64,000 nucleotides of DNA from Eledone cirrhosa (taxonomy: Eukaryota), in assembly GCA_964016885.1 (NCBI GenBank), contig OZ024742.1, forward strand, positions 317,564,001-317,628,000, written 5' to 3'. The notes under the pieces are model-generated. The model ran no database searches. It saw only the letters and a list, made by a program, of their open reading frames with translations, and was not told the origin of the DNA. Of the stretch, positions 39,661 to 52,720 are shown piece after piece (position 1 is the stretch's first letter; each line of letters begins with the position of its first letter). Position numbers and translations under genes: made by a program.

Positions 39661-41562
39661 TTGTTTGATCAACTAACCACCTAACCTGTGAATTAACGTG
39701 TAAGTGGTTGAGTAATGCAAAGAAATGTGTACCCTTATCATAATTCCTAAGCCAACTCGGCGTGACAGTGCGACAATGCGTGACAGTGCACGACAGTTTA
39801 AATTACAGGTTCACTCTACCCATTGAACTTTCAAAGCTTCAATCCGCCTAATTTTATTATTCAATCGACTTGAGACTATTTGAAAGATAATTGGCCAATA
39901 TGCCACGCGTTTATGATATTTAAGTAAAATTACCTTTATTCCCGAAATTTGTTTCCTGTGAGACGACGAAACCGACTAGTACACTTTTGTTCGGTGTATG
40001 TCCATTGCAGGATTCTGGGCCTGTGCTGAACAGATGTTATAGCGTGTGAGATACATCCGGATGTCAGCCGAATCTTTAGTTGAAATCGAATCGCGTTCTA
40101 CCCTTGTCGAAGAAGGTTGAAAAGTCTCAGAAGATCTGAAAATGGTTATGAATGTTGCTAAACATTGATAACAACATAGCATGCACCTAATGAATGTAGA
40201 ACCCTCATTCTCATTGTTTATGTTTTGATTTAATGTCTACTAACGACTATTCTCAGTACTCAGGGATTTACTGGTGCTTTGTATTTAAAATCAATATCTA
40301 ATACTCTATATGTTTAGGTTTCTTCTTGATTAGATTGCGAAATCTGTTATTATTTAATTCTAAATTCGTGATTCTAATCCTATTCACTTAGATTAATTCG
40401 AATGAATCTCATTGCAGTTTAGATGGTAGATTGGCAGTGTCATTGGAGCGTCGAGTAAAATACTTTGAAATGTTCATTCCGGTTCTCGGGTTCAAATCCG
40501 CCAAAATCAGCTTGCCTTTCAAACTTTCCAGATCAATGATTGATTCTTTCTCTCTCTTGCTTTCTTTCCCTCAGTATCTCTGAGAAATCGGCTGTGGTCA
40601 AACACAGAGGGCCTCTCCGCCTCTCACTCTGCCAAAGGGATCTCTTTATATTTGCCGAACCTATCTACACATTATCCTTTAACCAATATAAATATGTAGC
40701 ACTCGTATTGAGAATGGCTCTGTATTTGATACTCAAATCATTTCCATCTTCATACTGCACACATTCAAATTAAACATACTCTAATGTATTTCTTATCTAT
40801 TCTACTTGCTTCCCCTCCACAAACTCATGCTAGAGCTATTGTGCACCGCACGAAAACTTTTCCCAGTCTATCATCCTCTGAAATACTGTCCTTGATCACA
40901 CATTTTTCCTTCGGGTTTCGATCTACAATAGAAGCTGAACATCAGGTGTATCGATTGCACCAATCTCTTGGGATGCTTCCAAGGTCACATTGCTTCTTCT
41001 TCCCCTAATTAGCTTACAAAAATAGCATTTATAATGGCATGTTAATTTAATTCAGCACCTCAAACTTTTATCTGAATAATTAATATCCACATGCTATATT
41101 TATCTTATTGGTACCTACAGAAATTCTATCGCAGTTAGATGTCTATATTCACCCAATATTTAGTTGACATTTAGAAGCTGGTTCTCTTTAATTGGAAGCT
41201 TCATGGGGAAACATTTGCATTCATGACGATCGCTATCGTGCACGGAGAAACTATTAAATTTAAAATTGTAGTAAAGACAGAATTAATGTGTCAAGACGTT
41301 AGATTTACGTGTGTCACATACCTTAGTTAATCTCATAAACTACATAACTGAGAATTTCTCTTTATTATATAACTTTTAGCTAAATTTGATTCCCGTATCT
41401 TATCCTACATGGAATTATTCAGCAAGGACAAGAGAATATAAAATTCTTTAAATGTGCTCTTCTAACTGATATAAATGCTAAAATAAATCGTAAATCTTAA
41501 ATTGTTACCGAGAGAATGAGAGCATATTACATTTCATGAATAAATCCTACAAACGGTTATTA

Positions 41563-41746
41563 CGAGGCTCGGCTGAAAAGTTCATATGCTGACCAAGATA
41601 CTTTTATGGAATGACCAAATGAGGTTTATTTTTCAACACAGTCCCTGGGCAGAAACTATAAGAAGAGTTGAAATTAATGTATGCAAGATTTCAGTTCTAG
41701 CATCACTCCTTCATAGTTAACTTATGAACTGTTCAGCCCACCATCG
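41563..41746. mobile_element. Mariner-like MITE
   Basis: TA-cgaggctcggctgaaaagttcata ... tatgaactgttcagcccaccatcg-TA. Confidence 0.75.
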
Positions 41747-42891
41747 TAATTACTGCAACGCAATTTATAAATTTTATTAGCTTTTTAGCTTTATATCTAT
41801 GTGACCTTTGGGTTCCTTTAGCAGAGTCAGTTCTGTTGCAAAGATTCGGATCTAATTTCCGCTTTGGGAATAAACCGTCTATCTTGATGTGTTGCATCCC
41901 ACAGTAGCAGATATGAGTCATGCTGTCTTCCGCCCTTTTTTTTTTCAAGTCTAGTTAGGACTAGTTAGGAAATTACAAGTACAATCCATTAATGGAACAG
42001 TAAAAATATGTAAAACATTCCAAAAATTCTGCATGTAATAACAGCATGTACACATGTACAGATATAACTCAAAACATACACCTCCACACATACAATAACA
42101 TCCATACCTGCACACACATGCATGCATACATATCTACCTAGTTGATGTTGTTTAAACTCTAATGAAAGAATCTTGTGTCTATGCTACAAAACAACTCTCT
42201 CTCTCTCTCATTCTCTCTCCCTTTCTCTCTCTCTCCCTCCCTCTCTCTCTCTTTCTATATATATATATAAATGTTTATAAAATCATAAAACCAGAAGAAC
42301 ATGCATAAGTATCATACGTACATCATTGTGTCAAATGCTAGATATAGTGGGTAAAACCATTTCATTCAACTAAAATTGTACACGCAGTTTCTTCTGAAAA
42401 TATTAGACATTGCAGTAAGAAGAGTACTTTGTGTTTTTACCAACTGGTGAAAGCAACGGACATGTGTTTATCATGTTGGATCTAAACAAAGCTTATTAAC
42501 TAGCAGTTAACTAGAATGGACGATTATATATGTAAAATTCAAGAGGCTATATATATGTGTGTGTGTTTGTGCGTGTGTGTGTGTGTTCATTTTATTAAAG
42601 CTAAATAGTGAGTCTTATTACTTTGGAGTTTTGCCTGTTTATCGCAAAGTAGGCGATAAACAAGAAATATTAAGCTCTTTATTCGAAAACAAGGTTTATA
42701 CTTCGATCTCATAGACTGTTCATTCATAGGAGATTTTCATATAGTAAGAAATATTCAGCTCATTATTCGAAAACAGGGTTTATATTTCGATCTCACAAAC
42801 TATTTATTTATAGGAGATGTAACGATAAATATTCAACTCTTTGTAAACAAAGGAAACGTTTAGAAAGCGGCGAGCAAAGTTTGAAAACTGC

Positions 42892-43051
42892 AATAGAAAT
42901 AGAAGCCTTCACTGTAACGTTTGACTCAATAAAATGGTCTAATAACGGATCGTATAAACCCACTGTATAGAAAAAATTCTTTTTCCCGTTCACTGGTTTT
43001 AGACTATTTTATTGAGTGAAATATTACGGTGAAGCCTTCTATTTTTCTATT
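42892..43051. repeat. Imperfect ~50-bp inverted repeat
   Basis: aatagaaatagaagccttcactgtaacgtttgactcaataaaatggtctaa vs ttagactattttattgagtgaaatattacggtgaagccttctatttttctatt. Confidence 0.7.
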
Positions 43052-43444
43052 TCAATTTTCGTTCAATTCTTTATTTGAAAACAGTTAACTATAGCAATTT
43101 AGAAAGTTGACCTCATATTAAATGCAGCTTCTGATTAAATTGCTGTTATTTAATTCAATCAAAGAATCCAATTTTCAACAATCAAAATATTTTTCCTGTT
43201 TATTTCGATTGGTTTTTAACTTGACAAGTCAATAAGTAATTTAGTTGGCAGCCATTGAAATATTTTAAGGGTGGTAAAATGTGATATTGGATATCTAAAT
43301 CAATAATGTTTATAGCTTTGCTTTTGTTTCTTTTCTCCCTTTCTTCTTTTCGCAATGTTATTGTTGCTGTGTATTAAGAATTGTAGTCATTATTTTTAGT
43401 ATTGAATATTTTTTTATTTTTTTGTGTTATTTCTTCTCATTCAA

Positions 43445-43476
43445 TGCTGCTGCTACTGCTGCTGGTGCTTCTCCTG

Positions 43477-43543
<67 letters not shown>

Positions 43544-43553
43544 CTACTACCGA

Positions 43554-43619
<66 letters not shown>

Positions 43620-43740
43620 AAGTAATACTAATACTTATAACACTACTGTTGCTGCTCCAGTTGCCGCTTCTTCTTCTTCTTCTTCTTCTTCTTCTACCCA
43701 CTACTACTACTATTACTACTGTTGCTGCTGCTGCTACTGT

Positions 43741-43794
<54 letters not shown>

Positions 43795-43795
43795 C
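43445..43795. repeat. (CTA)n, (CTT)n and inverted (TAG)n microsatellites
   Basis: Direct reading. Confidence 0.9.
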
Positions 43796-44011
43796 TGCAA
43801 TCGTAGTAAGGGTGGTGTTGATAGTTGTAGTAGTTTTAATGACCTGTTTCATTTTGTTATCTTAATTTAGTTTAGTACTGTCTTTTTTCTGTAATGTAGC
43901 CAGTCATTTCTTTTAGTCTGGTTGTGCGCGTGCGCATGTGTGTATGAATGTATATACGTGAAGCATAATAATCAATAAGTGATGACAGAGCTCTGTGTTA
44001 AAGAAGAGTTT

Positions 44012-44042
<31 letters not shown>

Positions 44043-44120
44043 TAGAAATGGTTTCTACAGGTATAGAACTGTTTCATCCTGATGATTTCTCCCGAATGAA
44101 ACAGTTCTAGTCCTGTAGAA

Positions 44121-44163
<43 letters not shown>

Positions 44164-44200
44164 ATACTTTGGCAGGGTCATGTTGCCAATAATTCAGAAA

Positions 44201-44247
<47 letters not shown>

Positions 44248-45059
44248 TCACAATAGTCCCCTATAATTAAAATAGCTCAAGGAGAAACATTTTTCCGAGC
44301 GTTATAATAATCTAAGGAGAAATGAACACAGATATATAACTATATGTGTTCGAATCACAAGGGATAAGAGACCGCCAGGGTAAAGAAAATATTGACTAAA
44401 ATAGTATGATTCATAGAACCCAATCAAAAGGATGAATTGAGAAAAACGAACCTACCATGATTTCAACACACATATAGCTATATATGTGTTCGTCTCTCCT
44501 TACAGTATATATATATACTTAATACATTAACAGAGAAAGCTATTAGCGATACTCCGACCAACTTCGATTTCACTCAACAAACATTAGGAAATACCTAAGT
44601 ATATTCCCAATTATACGTTTGGGGTGCTAACTATATTGTATTGTGTGGATAGTCGGCTGTATTATTTTATATGAGACATAATTAAATAAATCTCACTTTC
44701 CATACGATCGTTTCATTAAAAGATTTCTACAAGGTGGGAGAACAATGTCCAAGTTATGTAGAAGCTTGCATTCGCTCTACATGGCTGAATACAATAAATG
44801 TAATCTGAGTTTTTCGAATATTAATAACAACATTCGATTCGTTTGCAATTATGCAAACAAGCCTCAATTTTATAGCCATGTCAGTAGACCGACCAACCAA
44901 CCGGAAATTTATAATAAATTGAAGTGAAACCCAACAGGTGAGTGTGTTTTTATTGGCAACATGACCCTCCCAAAGAATAACAATATTTGTTTCAATATAC
45001 GTTTTCAGATAAGAAATCTCGCAAAACAAATTGAAAAACGAATTATATATATCTATATA

Positions 45060-45198
<139 letters not shown>

Positions 45199-45287
45199 CC
45201 AAAAGTTAAAGAAGGTTCATTGATTAATCAATGAATATAGTTTTACAATAGATTAGAAGCACCCAACAGAAAGGTTTTCTGGAGTTA

Positions 45288-46396
45288 TCTATATATTAAT
45301 TTCAACAACGTCAGTATTCCGTGTGTCATAATTCTCGATTATCATTGGTTCATAGGTTTCAAACGACTCCGCCCACCTCAACGACGCCAAACTTAAATTA
45401 ATACGCATAATGCCAATGAAGGAGTGAGAGGGGAGAGTAAGAAACAGAGAGGGGTGTGCGTGTGTAAGTACGTGCGCGTATGTTTATGTGTGTGTGCGTG
45501 TGTGTGCAGCGTTCCACAGAAATTAAAAGCTATCAACATGTGTGAGTGTGTAAGTGTGTGTAAGTGCACGGGTGCGTGTGTAAGTTTGCGTGCGTGTGCG
45601 CGTTTCCATGCGTGTATGTGTGTGTACGTGGGGCGTTCCACAATCGCCACGCAGTTTATCTGTCTGTGTGCCTGTCTGTTAACCTAACATACACAGAGTT
45701 GTGAAGGGAGTAAATAGGGACCTTTTTTTTACATTGACGGACATCTTTTATATTTATTATTGTGTAATTTTTTGACGATTGCTCGAAATGAATACTGATA
45801 ATAAAAGCAATTCGACTTTATCAAACAGTGAACTACAGCGGCGATGGCGTGCAGCCAGGAATGAAGAAAAACGGGCCGAAAAGCGCATCGGAACGCCGAA
45901 CTTCAGAGGCGAAGACGTGCCGCCATGAATGAAGAGGAGCTGGCTGAACAACGCCAACGAAACACTGGAGCCAAGCAGCGACGGCGTGCTGTGATGGTTG
46001 AAGACGAACTGGCTGAGCATCATCTTTTATATTAATTATCTATATCTATATCTACATATAATATAAAAGATTGGAACTTCCATCATCCTTTTGAGAAACG
46101 TGGAACAACCACGTCTATGCAATGATACACGTTTTACAGTCAGGCAGAAGATGAACCATCTTCTAGAGGTCACTATTATAGGTGGCAGCACCTAGAATTG
46201 TTCATATACTATGCACAAACGGTACAACGAAGAATCTGGTATATCTGGAAGATTTTTTTACTGTTTTTTGTATCACACAGACACCACGGACTCACCTCAT
46301 ACTGTAACCAGACAAACATCCAATACAGTCATTTTCTCTTGTACCTGTCTTCTCTTATCATCTGTTTACCCGGGCGAAGCTGGGTACGTCAGTTAG
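45288..46396 (+). mobile_element. Non-autonomous Helitron with Rep/helicase relics
   Basis: A|TCTATATATT 5' end; tacccgggcgaagctgggta hairpin + TTAG|T 3' end (CTAG decayed); no TSD. Relics: charged N-terminal repeats (EEELAEQRQRNT...RRRA), PIF1 motif KIGTSIILLRNVEQPRLCNDTR, C-terminal TNGTTKNLVY. Confidence 0.88.
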
Positions 46397-46444
46397 TTAA
46401 TATTAATTCAAAATATTAATAAATATAGACATTCATGTAATCAA

Positions 46445-46516
46445 ATATATTTTATTATATATATTTTGGAGGTACTGTGCTGTTTCTTCAGTACGTCCTC
46501 ATCAGATAAAATATAT
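46445..46516 (-). ncRNA. Hammerhead ribozyme with mutated core (GAAA to AAAA)
   Basis: Minus: atatattttat-CTGATGA-ggacgtactg...cagtacctcc-AAAA-tatata-TA-ataaaatatat. Confidence 0.7.
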
Positions 46517-46581
46517 AAATTACTACTCCCAAGACTGGAATTGAATCATCAGCACAGTTGAGGTATGTCATACATCAATTT

Positions 46582-46653
46582 ATATATTTTATCTGATGAG
46601 TACCTACTGAGGAAACAGCACAGTACCTCCGAAATATATATAATAAAATATAT
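46582..46653 (+). ncRNA. Hammerhead ribozyme, intact core, weakened stem II
   Basis: atatattttat-CTGATGA-gtacctactg(aggaaacagca)cagtacctcc-GAAA-tatata-TA-ataaaatatat. Confidence 0.78.
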
Positions 46654-46706
46654 TTGAATACATGAATGTCTATATTTATTAATATTTTGAACAGCCAACA
46701 TATACT

Positions 46707-46768
<62 letters not shown>

Positions 46769-47557
46769 AGTATATGTTGGCTGTTTACCGACACCTCAAT
46801 ATGCAGATTGGAGCACTCGACGAAGTACGTAGGTTGGTTTGTTTACTCCGGAGTAATGCTATATATAGCAGTATATCTATAATTTATAATAAACGTAGCC
46901 AAATTCTACATATTTCACTTAATTATTTTATATATATATATACTCCTTTACTTTTTTCACAGAACCTCAGACATGCCATTGCGGTAGCCTTGGATTCTGC
47001 GAAATCCTCTTTAGGAACCACTGAGTTAGACAAAGATTTGAACATAGCCTAGTTTTATGACTAAGAGAACAGCTTACGCTGGGCTCATGGGAGTTAAGTG
47101 ACTAATGGGATGCCAGTCTGTTGCTGAGCTAACCACACTGTTAAAGAGAGACAGACAGAGAAAGAGGGAGAGACTATATACTTGTGTGGTGTGTGCGTAT
47201 GTGTGTGTATGTGTGTGTGCGTGTGGGTGTGGGTGTGTGTGAACATTAGAAGTTGTACATAATATTTTTCACAAGCCTAAATAAGAGTTATCCACCGTTA
47301 AATAACTGGCAACCGAACACCACAAGTTCTCTCCCCATCCATAATGGAACTCAAATCCTGTCAACATACATTTCAAAGATCTCGAACTGATAAACTGATG
47401 AAATAATTCCACAGCGAAACGCGCTTATTCGTCTGATGAAATGTTCTGAATTTAACCTAATTCTGAATATTACAATTCGTCTCTCAGACGAAATTCACTA
47501 CAATATATATATTATATATATATTTATATGTGTGCTTTTCACATATAGACTCCGTCC

Positions 47558-47588
<31 letters not shown>

Positions 47589-47625
47589 GGGGGGGGGGGG
47601 GGGTGCTTTCATATGTAGACTCCGT

Positions 47626-47683
<58 letters not shown>

Positions 47684-48144
47684 ATTTACATATACACAAA
47701 CTAGACAAAGTCACAGATATATATGTCTTGGCAACCATTCACGATGTGGCTCAATGATGAATTAATAAATTAAATAATTAGAGCAATATACTATAAACAC
47801 CATTTCCTCTCCCAATTAGCATAATCAACCACACAAAAAAATCAATTAAACCAGGCTATAAGATTAAAAGGCACCTATGAAGAAATAGTGGATAAATAAA
47901 CGACAGCAGTCTATTCGCGACCAACCGCTATAGAATATTTACCCAACATTTCAATAGCACGTGGAAATCGATTAGATATACCGTCAACCATACACAATTA
48001 GGTATAAAATTAAAGTTGGAAGAAAAAATGCATATACACATAACAGGATTACGTTTCTACCCTTAGGGTTTCGTTCGCTTTGGGAAATATCCTATCAAGG
48101 ATAATATCTCGAGCTTCGAACTAATCAGGAGTTTCAATGGACAT

Positions 48145-48207
<63 letters not shown>

Positions 48208-48377
48208 ACGGAGTCTAATGGGAAAGTACATATCTAAGGAGCTTTCGATTGCAGAGTCAGAAACGAGCATAATCGATCGTTCCCCGAGCTGAACGGCAGT
48301 GAAACATATGTAATATGTGATTAAATATGTATATGATGTAACACTGATTCTTTGTTTCCTAATTATATATATATATA

Positions 48378-49316
48378 CTAGCAGCAGTACCCACCGTTGC
48401 CTGGGTAGGTAAAATAATATCTGCTTTGATGAAAAGGCGTTGATCTTAGCGACTGCTTCTCGATTACTCATCTATGGCCACACACAGGCCATGCGGGGGA
48501 GGGTGGTGATGACCTCTATCACTGAGAAATACGGATGACTGACGAAGGGGCATGCTGTGGGAGGGAGGTAATGACCTCTAACACTAAGCCAAATTTCCTC
48601 ACGTTACTTGATTGGAAACCGATGAATTCTCAAATACACAACTAAAAGCTCAGACGACGTCAGTGGCCATCGTTTTGCCTTTGAGCATCTATAAGATGTG
48701 CAATGATATGTGCAATGATATCGTAGTATAAAAGTTGAACCAAATAAATTGATTTATGTGTGAGGTGGAGCCGAAGTTTCGAATTTGAAAGAAATCGGTT
48801 GAAAAATGTGGGAGCTAGAGCCGAAAAGGCGGAAATTTGAGCGAAAAGGTGGTATTTTCGAATATTTAAGCGGCTGCCACGCTGTTCCTGAACAAAAGGT
48901 CCAAAGTGTAAAGCTACTTTAAGACGTGAAATAATCAGATCTGGCGTAGTGTAAAATTTGAACAAAGTAGATTGATTAATGTGGGAGCTAGAGCCGAAAA
49001 AGTGGAAATTTGAGTCTAAAAGTGGTATTTTTGAATATTTAAGCGGCTGCCACGCCGTCCCTGTACAACAAATGCAAAATATAAAGCCATTACAGGATGT
49101 GCAATGATAAATTCTATTTTGCTTTAAAATTTGAACGAAATCGATGGGAAAATCGATGGGAAAATGAATTTAAAAAAAACGATACGCTGATCTATGGAAA
49201 ACACTCCCCGATGACTAATCTATGAGCCTGTAAAGTTTCATGAAAATCGGTAGTAAGATGTAGGCCCCTATAGGTAATACACATACACACACACATACTT
49301 AATTTTATATATATAC

Positions 49317-49319
<3 letters not shown>
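48378..49319 (-). mobile_element. Non-autonomous Helitron with internal ~172-bp tandem repeats
   Basis: Minus 5' end A|TCTGTATATATATAAAATTAAGTATGTGTG; 3' hairpin tacccaggcaacggtgggta + ctgctg-CTAG|T; aatgtgggagctagagccgaaaa at ~48806 and ~48978. Confidence 0.8.
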
Positions 49320-49359
<40 letters not shown>

Positions 49360-49655
49360 ATATATATACAGACATACATATGTATGAATTAATGTATGTA
49401 TATGTGTGTTTGCGCTGTTACCTAATTACGATATCACACAACATTATTTAAGGCTACTGGCAAGTTTCAGACCGCATGTAGGTTATGTAATTGGAAATAA
49501 TATATGTCTACAACTACTCGGAAATTTCTAGACGTTAATCGGGTCTAAAATTTTACGAGCAAGGCTAATGATATATGATCTTCAATAAAATAATCTGTAT
49601 CCGTTATAAAACCGGCTAGTATACTAGTATACAGCTGTGCACTAACGTTATTATG

Positions 49656-49748
<93 letters not shown>

Positions 49749-50261
49749 AAGAGAAATATATATATGCAAACACACACACGCACACGCACACACACACACA
49801 TATATATATATACATACACACACACACACATATATACACACACACATATATATATACACATATACACATATACACACATATATACAAGTACACTCACACC
49901 CTACGCACACATATTGCACACATGCACATACGCACACACACACAGATACACAGGCAGCACACATGCACACACATATATATATATATACATACATACATAT
50001 CCTTAATTAAAATAATCCATTTGCCTTTTTCTTTGTGCAGACTCTTTTATGTGATTTCCTCTCAAACTGATCACATAGCTGCCAAATTGTTAACAACAAC
50101 AATTGATTTACAACATCGTTTTTAAAACATTTCATTTCAACGATTCTATTCAATTCACTGAGCCTTCTGAAAAGCGTTTAACACAGTTTCCTTTGAATCA
50201 TATTTTCCTTTCTCTTTTTTTTTGTTATATAACCGTCAGTGGACGCGAGGCTGGCTGAATG

Positions 50262-50545
50262 CTTTAAGATGATTGCTTTGCAATTATAAGGTTTCGGGTT
50301 AGACCCACTGTATGGAATCCCGGCAAGTGTCATTACCATAGTCCTTGTGAGGAAATTAGATAGACAGAGTCTATGAGCACAACCATTGGATGGCTTGTAC
50401 CTATAAAACACAAATGCAGCCTTGTCACACATTGTTTTACTGGGAATTAAGATATGGTTACCAGTATCTATGGAATACGCAACCACTTACATATCTATTT
50501 ACAAGCTGTCCACTTTAATTCTGTTTTCAGGTTGAGTCGGCCTAA
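50262..50545 (+). mobile_element. Diverged tRNA-derived SINE
   Basis: ggacgcgaggctggctgaatg...ggtttcgggttagacccactg head. Confidence 0.5.
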
Positions 50546-50852
50546 AGCTCCATATGCAAATGAGGCTTATCAGCCCATGTACATAAACGTCAAAACTACA
50601 TGTTTTCGCCTATATTGAATTCCAGCAGAGAGTAGAGGGGCGTTGTCTTAATAACGGTTAAAATCAGAAACATTCGACTGTCGACAGATTACCCGCTCCT
50701 GCTTTTACTGGAATCCACCTGATGCCGCTAACCATCAGCTTCCAAAATTCATAGCTAAAGGGTTTTATATGTTTATTGGTAAACATACCGTATATCGCTA
50801 GATATACAAGTGCACATATCTATATGTATATAGCTATGTTGAAGCGAACATT

Positions 50853-50910
50853 TTAATAATATAATATAATATAATATAATATAATATAATATAATATAAT
50901 ATAATATATA
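50853..50910. repeat. (TAATA)n pentanucleotide repeat
   Basis: Direct reading. Confidence 0.9.
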
Positions 50911-51422
50911 ATAAAAAGTTTCTTTTCATGTAAAACTGAATGATTTTCTACTACTTATACATCCGTCTGGCATTTCATGTATTAAGCTACAATAGTGTGC
51001 ATTGAGCATAGTACTTTTCTTAATTTAATTATGCAAATACTTACAGTGAAAATTATTTTATTTCATTTCAGTAAGTTATTATTAAACATATTTTTTGTTA
51101 ACTTTCCTTATATATTTATCAGAACTTTTGTTAGTGTTAGTTTTATTGGTTTTGGGGGGTTTTTTGTCGATGTGCTGTCCTGTGATGTACGGGTTGTAGT
51201 GTTGCTTGGTGTGGTTTAAAAACAATCACGTCCAATAATGAATTAAAACATACCAAACAAGGAGGCCAAACTGATATGTTTATAACACAACCAGGATAAG
51301 TAAAAGGTTCGATATCACAGAAAGTGTTTCGTCAACCGTGTTCACAAATAAAAGTATTTTATGGTGATATGTTGGAATTTGTGAATGAATATGTAAATGT
51401 TGAGATGTTGGTTGAGATAAGA

Positions 51423-51637
51423 TAATGATTTCTACTATAGGTACACACCCAGCAAATTTGGGAGAGAGGAAAGTCGATTAAATCGACCTTAGTGCATTAT
51501 TAGTGATTTATTTTATCGACCCCGTAGGGATGAAAGGCAAAGCTAACCTCGTCGGAATTTGAACTCAGAACGTAAAAGAACATAACTCTATGCTACAAAG
51601 CATAGTGTCCGACGCTCTACCGATTTTGCCAATCCAT
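51423..51637 (-). mobile_element. SINE family B, single copy
   Basis: Matches units at 25228-25445. Confidence 0.85.
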
Positions 51638-51862
51638 GCCATGATGAGTGGCTTGCTGTGGCAGCATCGACTATTGGTAACTGCCACAACCAAAGTTGTT
51701 TCTCCAATGTCTGGCAGAAAACAGAATGTAAACGAAGAGTTCAGAGAAGAGGATGAAGGTGGATTTCAACTTGGCTTAAATACTCGGTTTATGATAGCTT
51801 TACCGATGGTGACATTATAGCTATTTTAGCCAATGCTTAGTAGCTTTAATGATTTCGATATA

Positions 51863-51974
<112 letters not shown>

Positions 51975-52329
51975 CACGCGCGCCTGCGTATGTGTGTGTA
52001 TGTATGAGTGTGGAAATAAATACATGGAAAAAAGAAAGAAAATTCAGAGGTAACTCACACATTTATTATTCTATGTTCAATCAAGATTTCGTAGATTCGG
52101 TGAGCTAGGAAACTTATTCTGTAAAAGAGACAGCCATCGTTACCTGCCTGTGCTTCGTTGGAAAATTTTAGAGAACATTACAGTAAACGATTGGCAGTTG
52201 AAGGTTGTAGGGTACAACTGCCGAAACGCTGTGATTATAACAACGAAGTCAAAATAATTGTGTTTATTATAATAATTGTTTATCTCAGAATTTCAGAAAA
52301 AAAATGTATATATTCATTTATTACAACTA

Positions 52330-52720
52330 ACATTATTATTTCCATTTAAAGTTCCTTGCACTTTGATGGTTTTTAGAGTTTGTCATCTTGAGACATTTTG
52401 CCCAAAGCATTCAAGATGCCTATCAGTGTAATTATATTCTCATTCCCGACATTAAATACGAATTCTGGATGGGTCTCTTTGAACCTTTTTGTCAGTCTAG
52501 ACAAACATGTTTTATGTTATAATAGCCAGGTCATTATCATCTGCACTATTTACTACATGCGAATAGGAGTTCCTGTGTTTCTCAGTTTTCGTGTTAAACT
52601 TATGGCATGTTGCCCAATGGATATGGCTGCTTGCCTGGTCGTGTTTATAGATATATTTTTTTCTTCGCAAGAACTGAACAACCAGAAATGATGCATTGAA
52701 TTGATTCTTTATGCTGATTA
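52330..52720 (-). mobile_element. Decayed R4/Dong-like LINE fragment
   Basis: Minus translation ESIQCIISGCSVL and YKHDQASSHIHWATC (Zn knuckle and RHD..IHW motif). Confidence 0.6.

Noticed and set aside
39088-39672. Asp-rich 'acidic shell protein'-like ORF
   Set aside because: (GAT)n microsatellite bounded by SINE remnants at both ends.
47395-47495. Two CTGATGA...GAAA pairs
   Set aside because: Stem II does not pair next to the core and no valid NUH site plus stem I could be drawn.
52192-52240. Hairpin followed by GAAAcgctgtga (and ctgaaga...gaaacgtt at ~14508-14560)
   Set aside because: Possibly very old HHR relics, but too degenerate to support.
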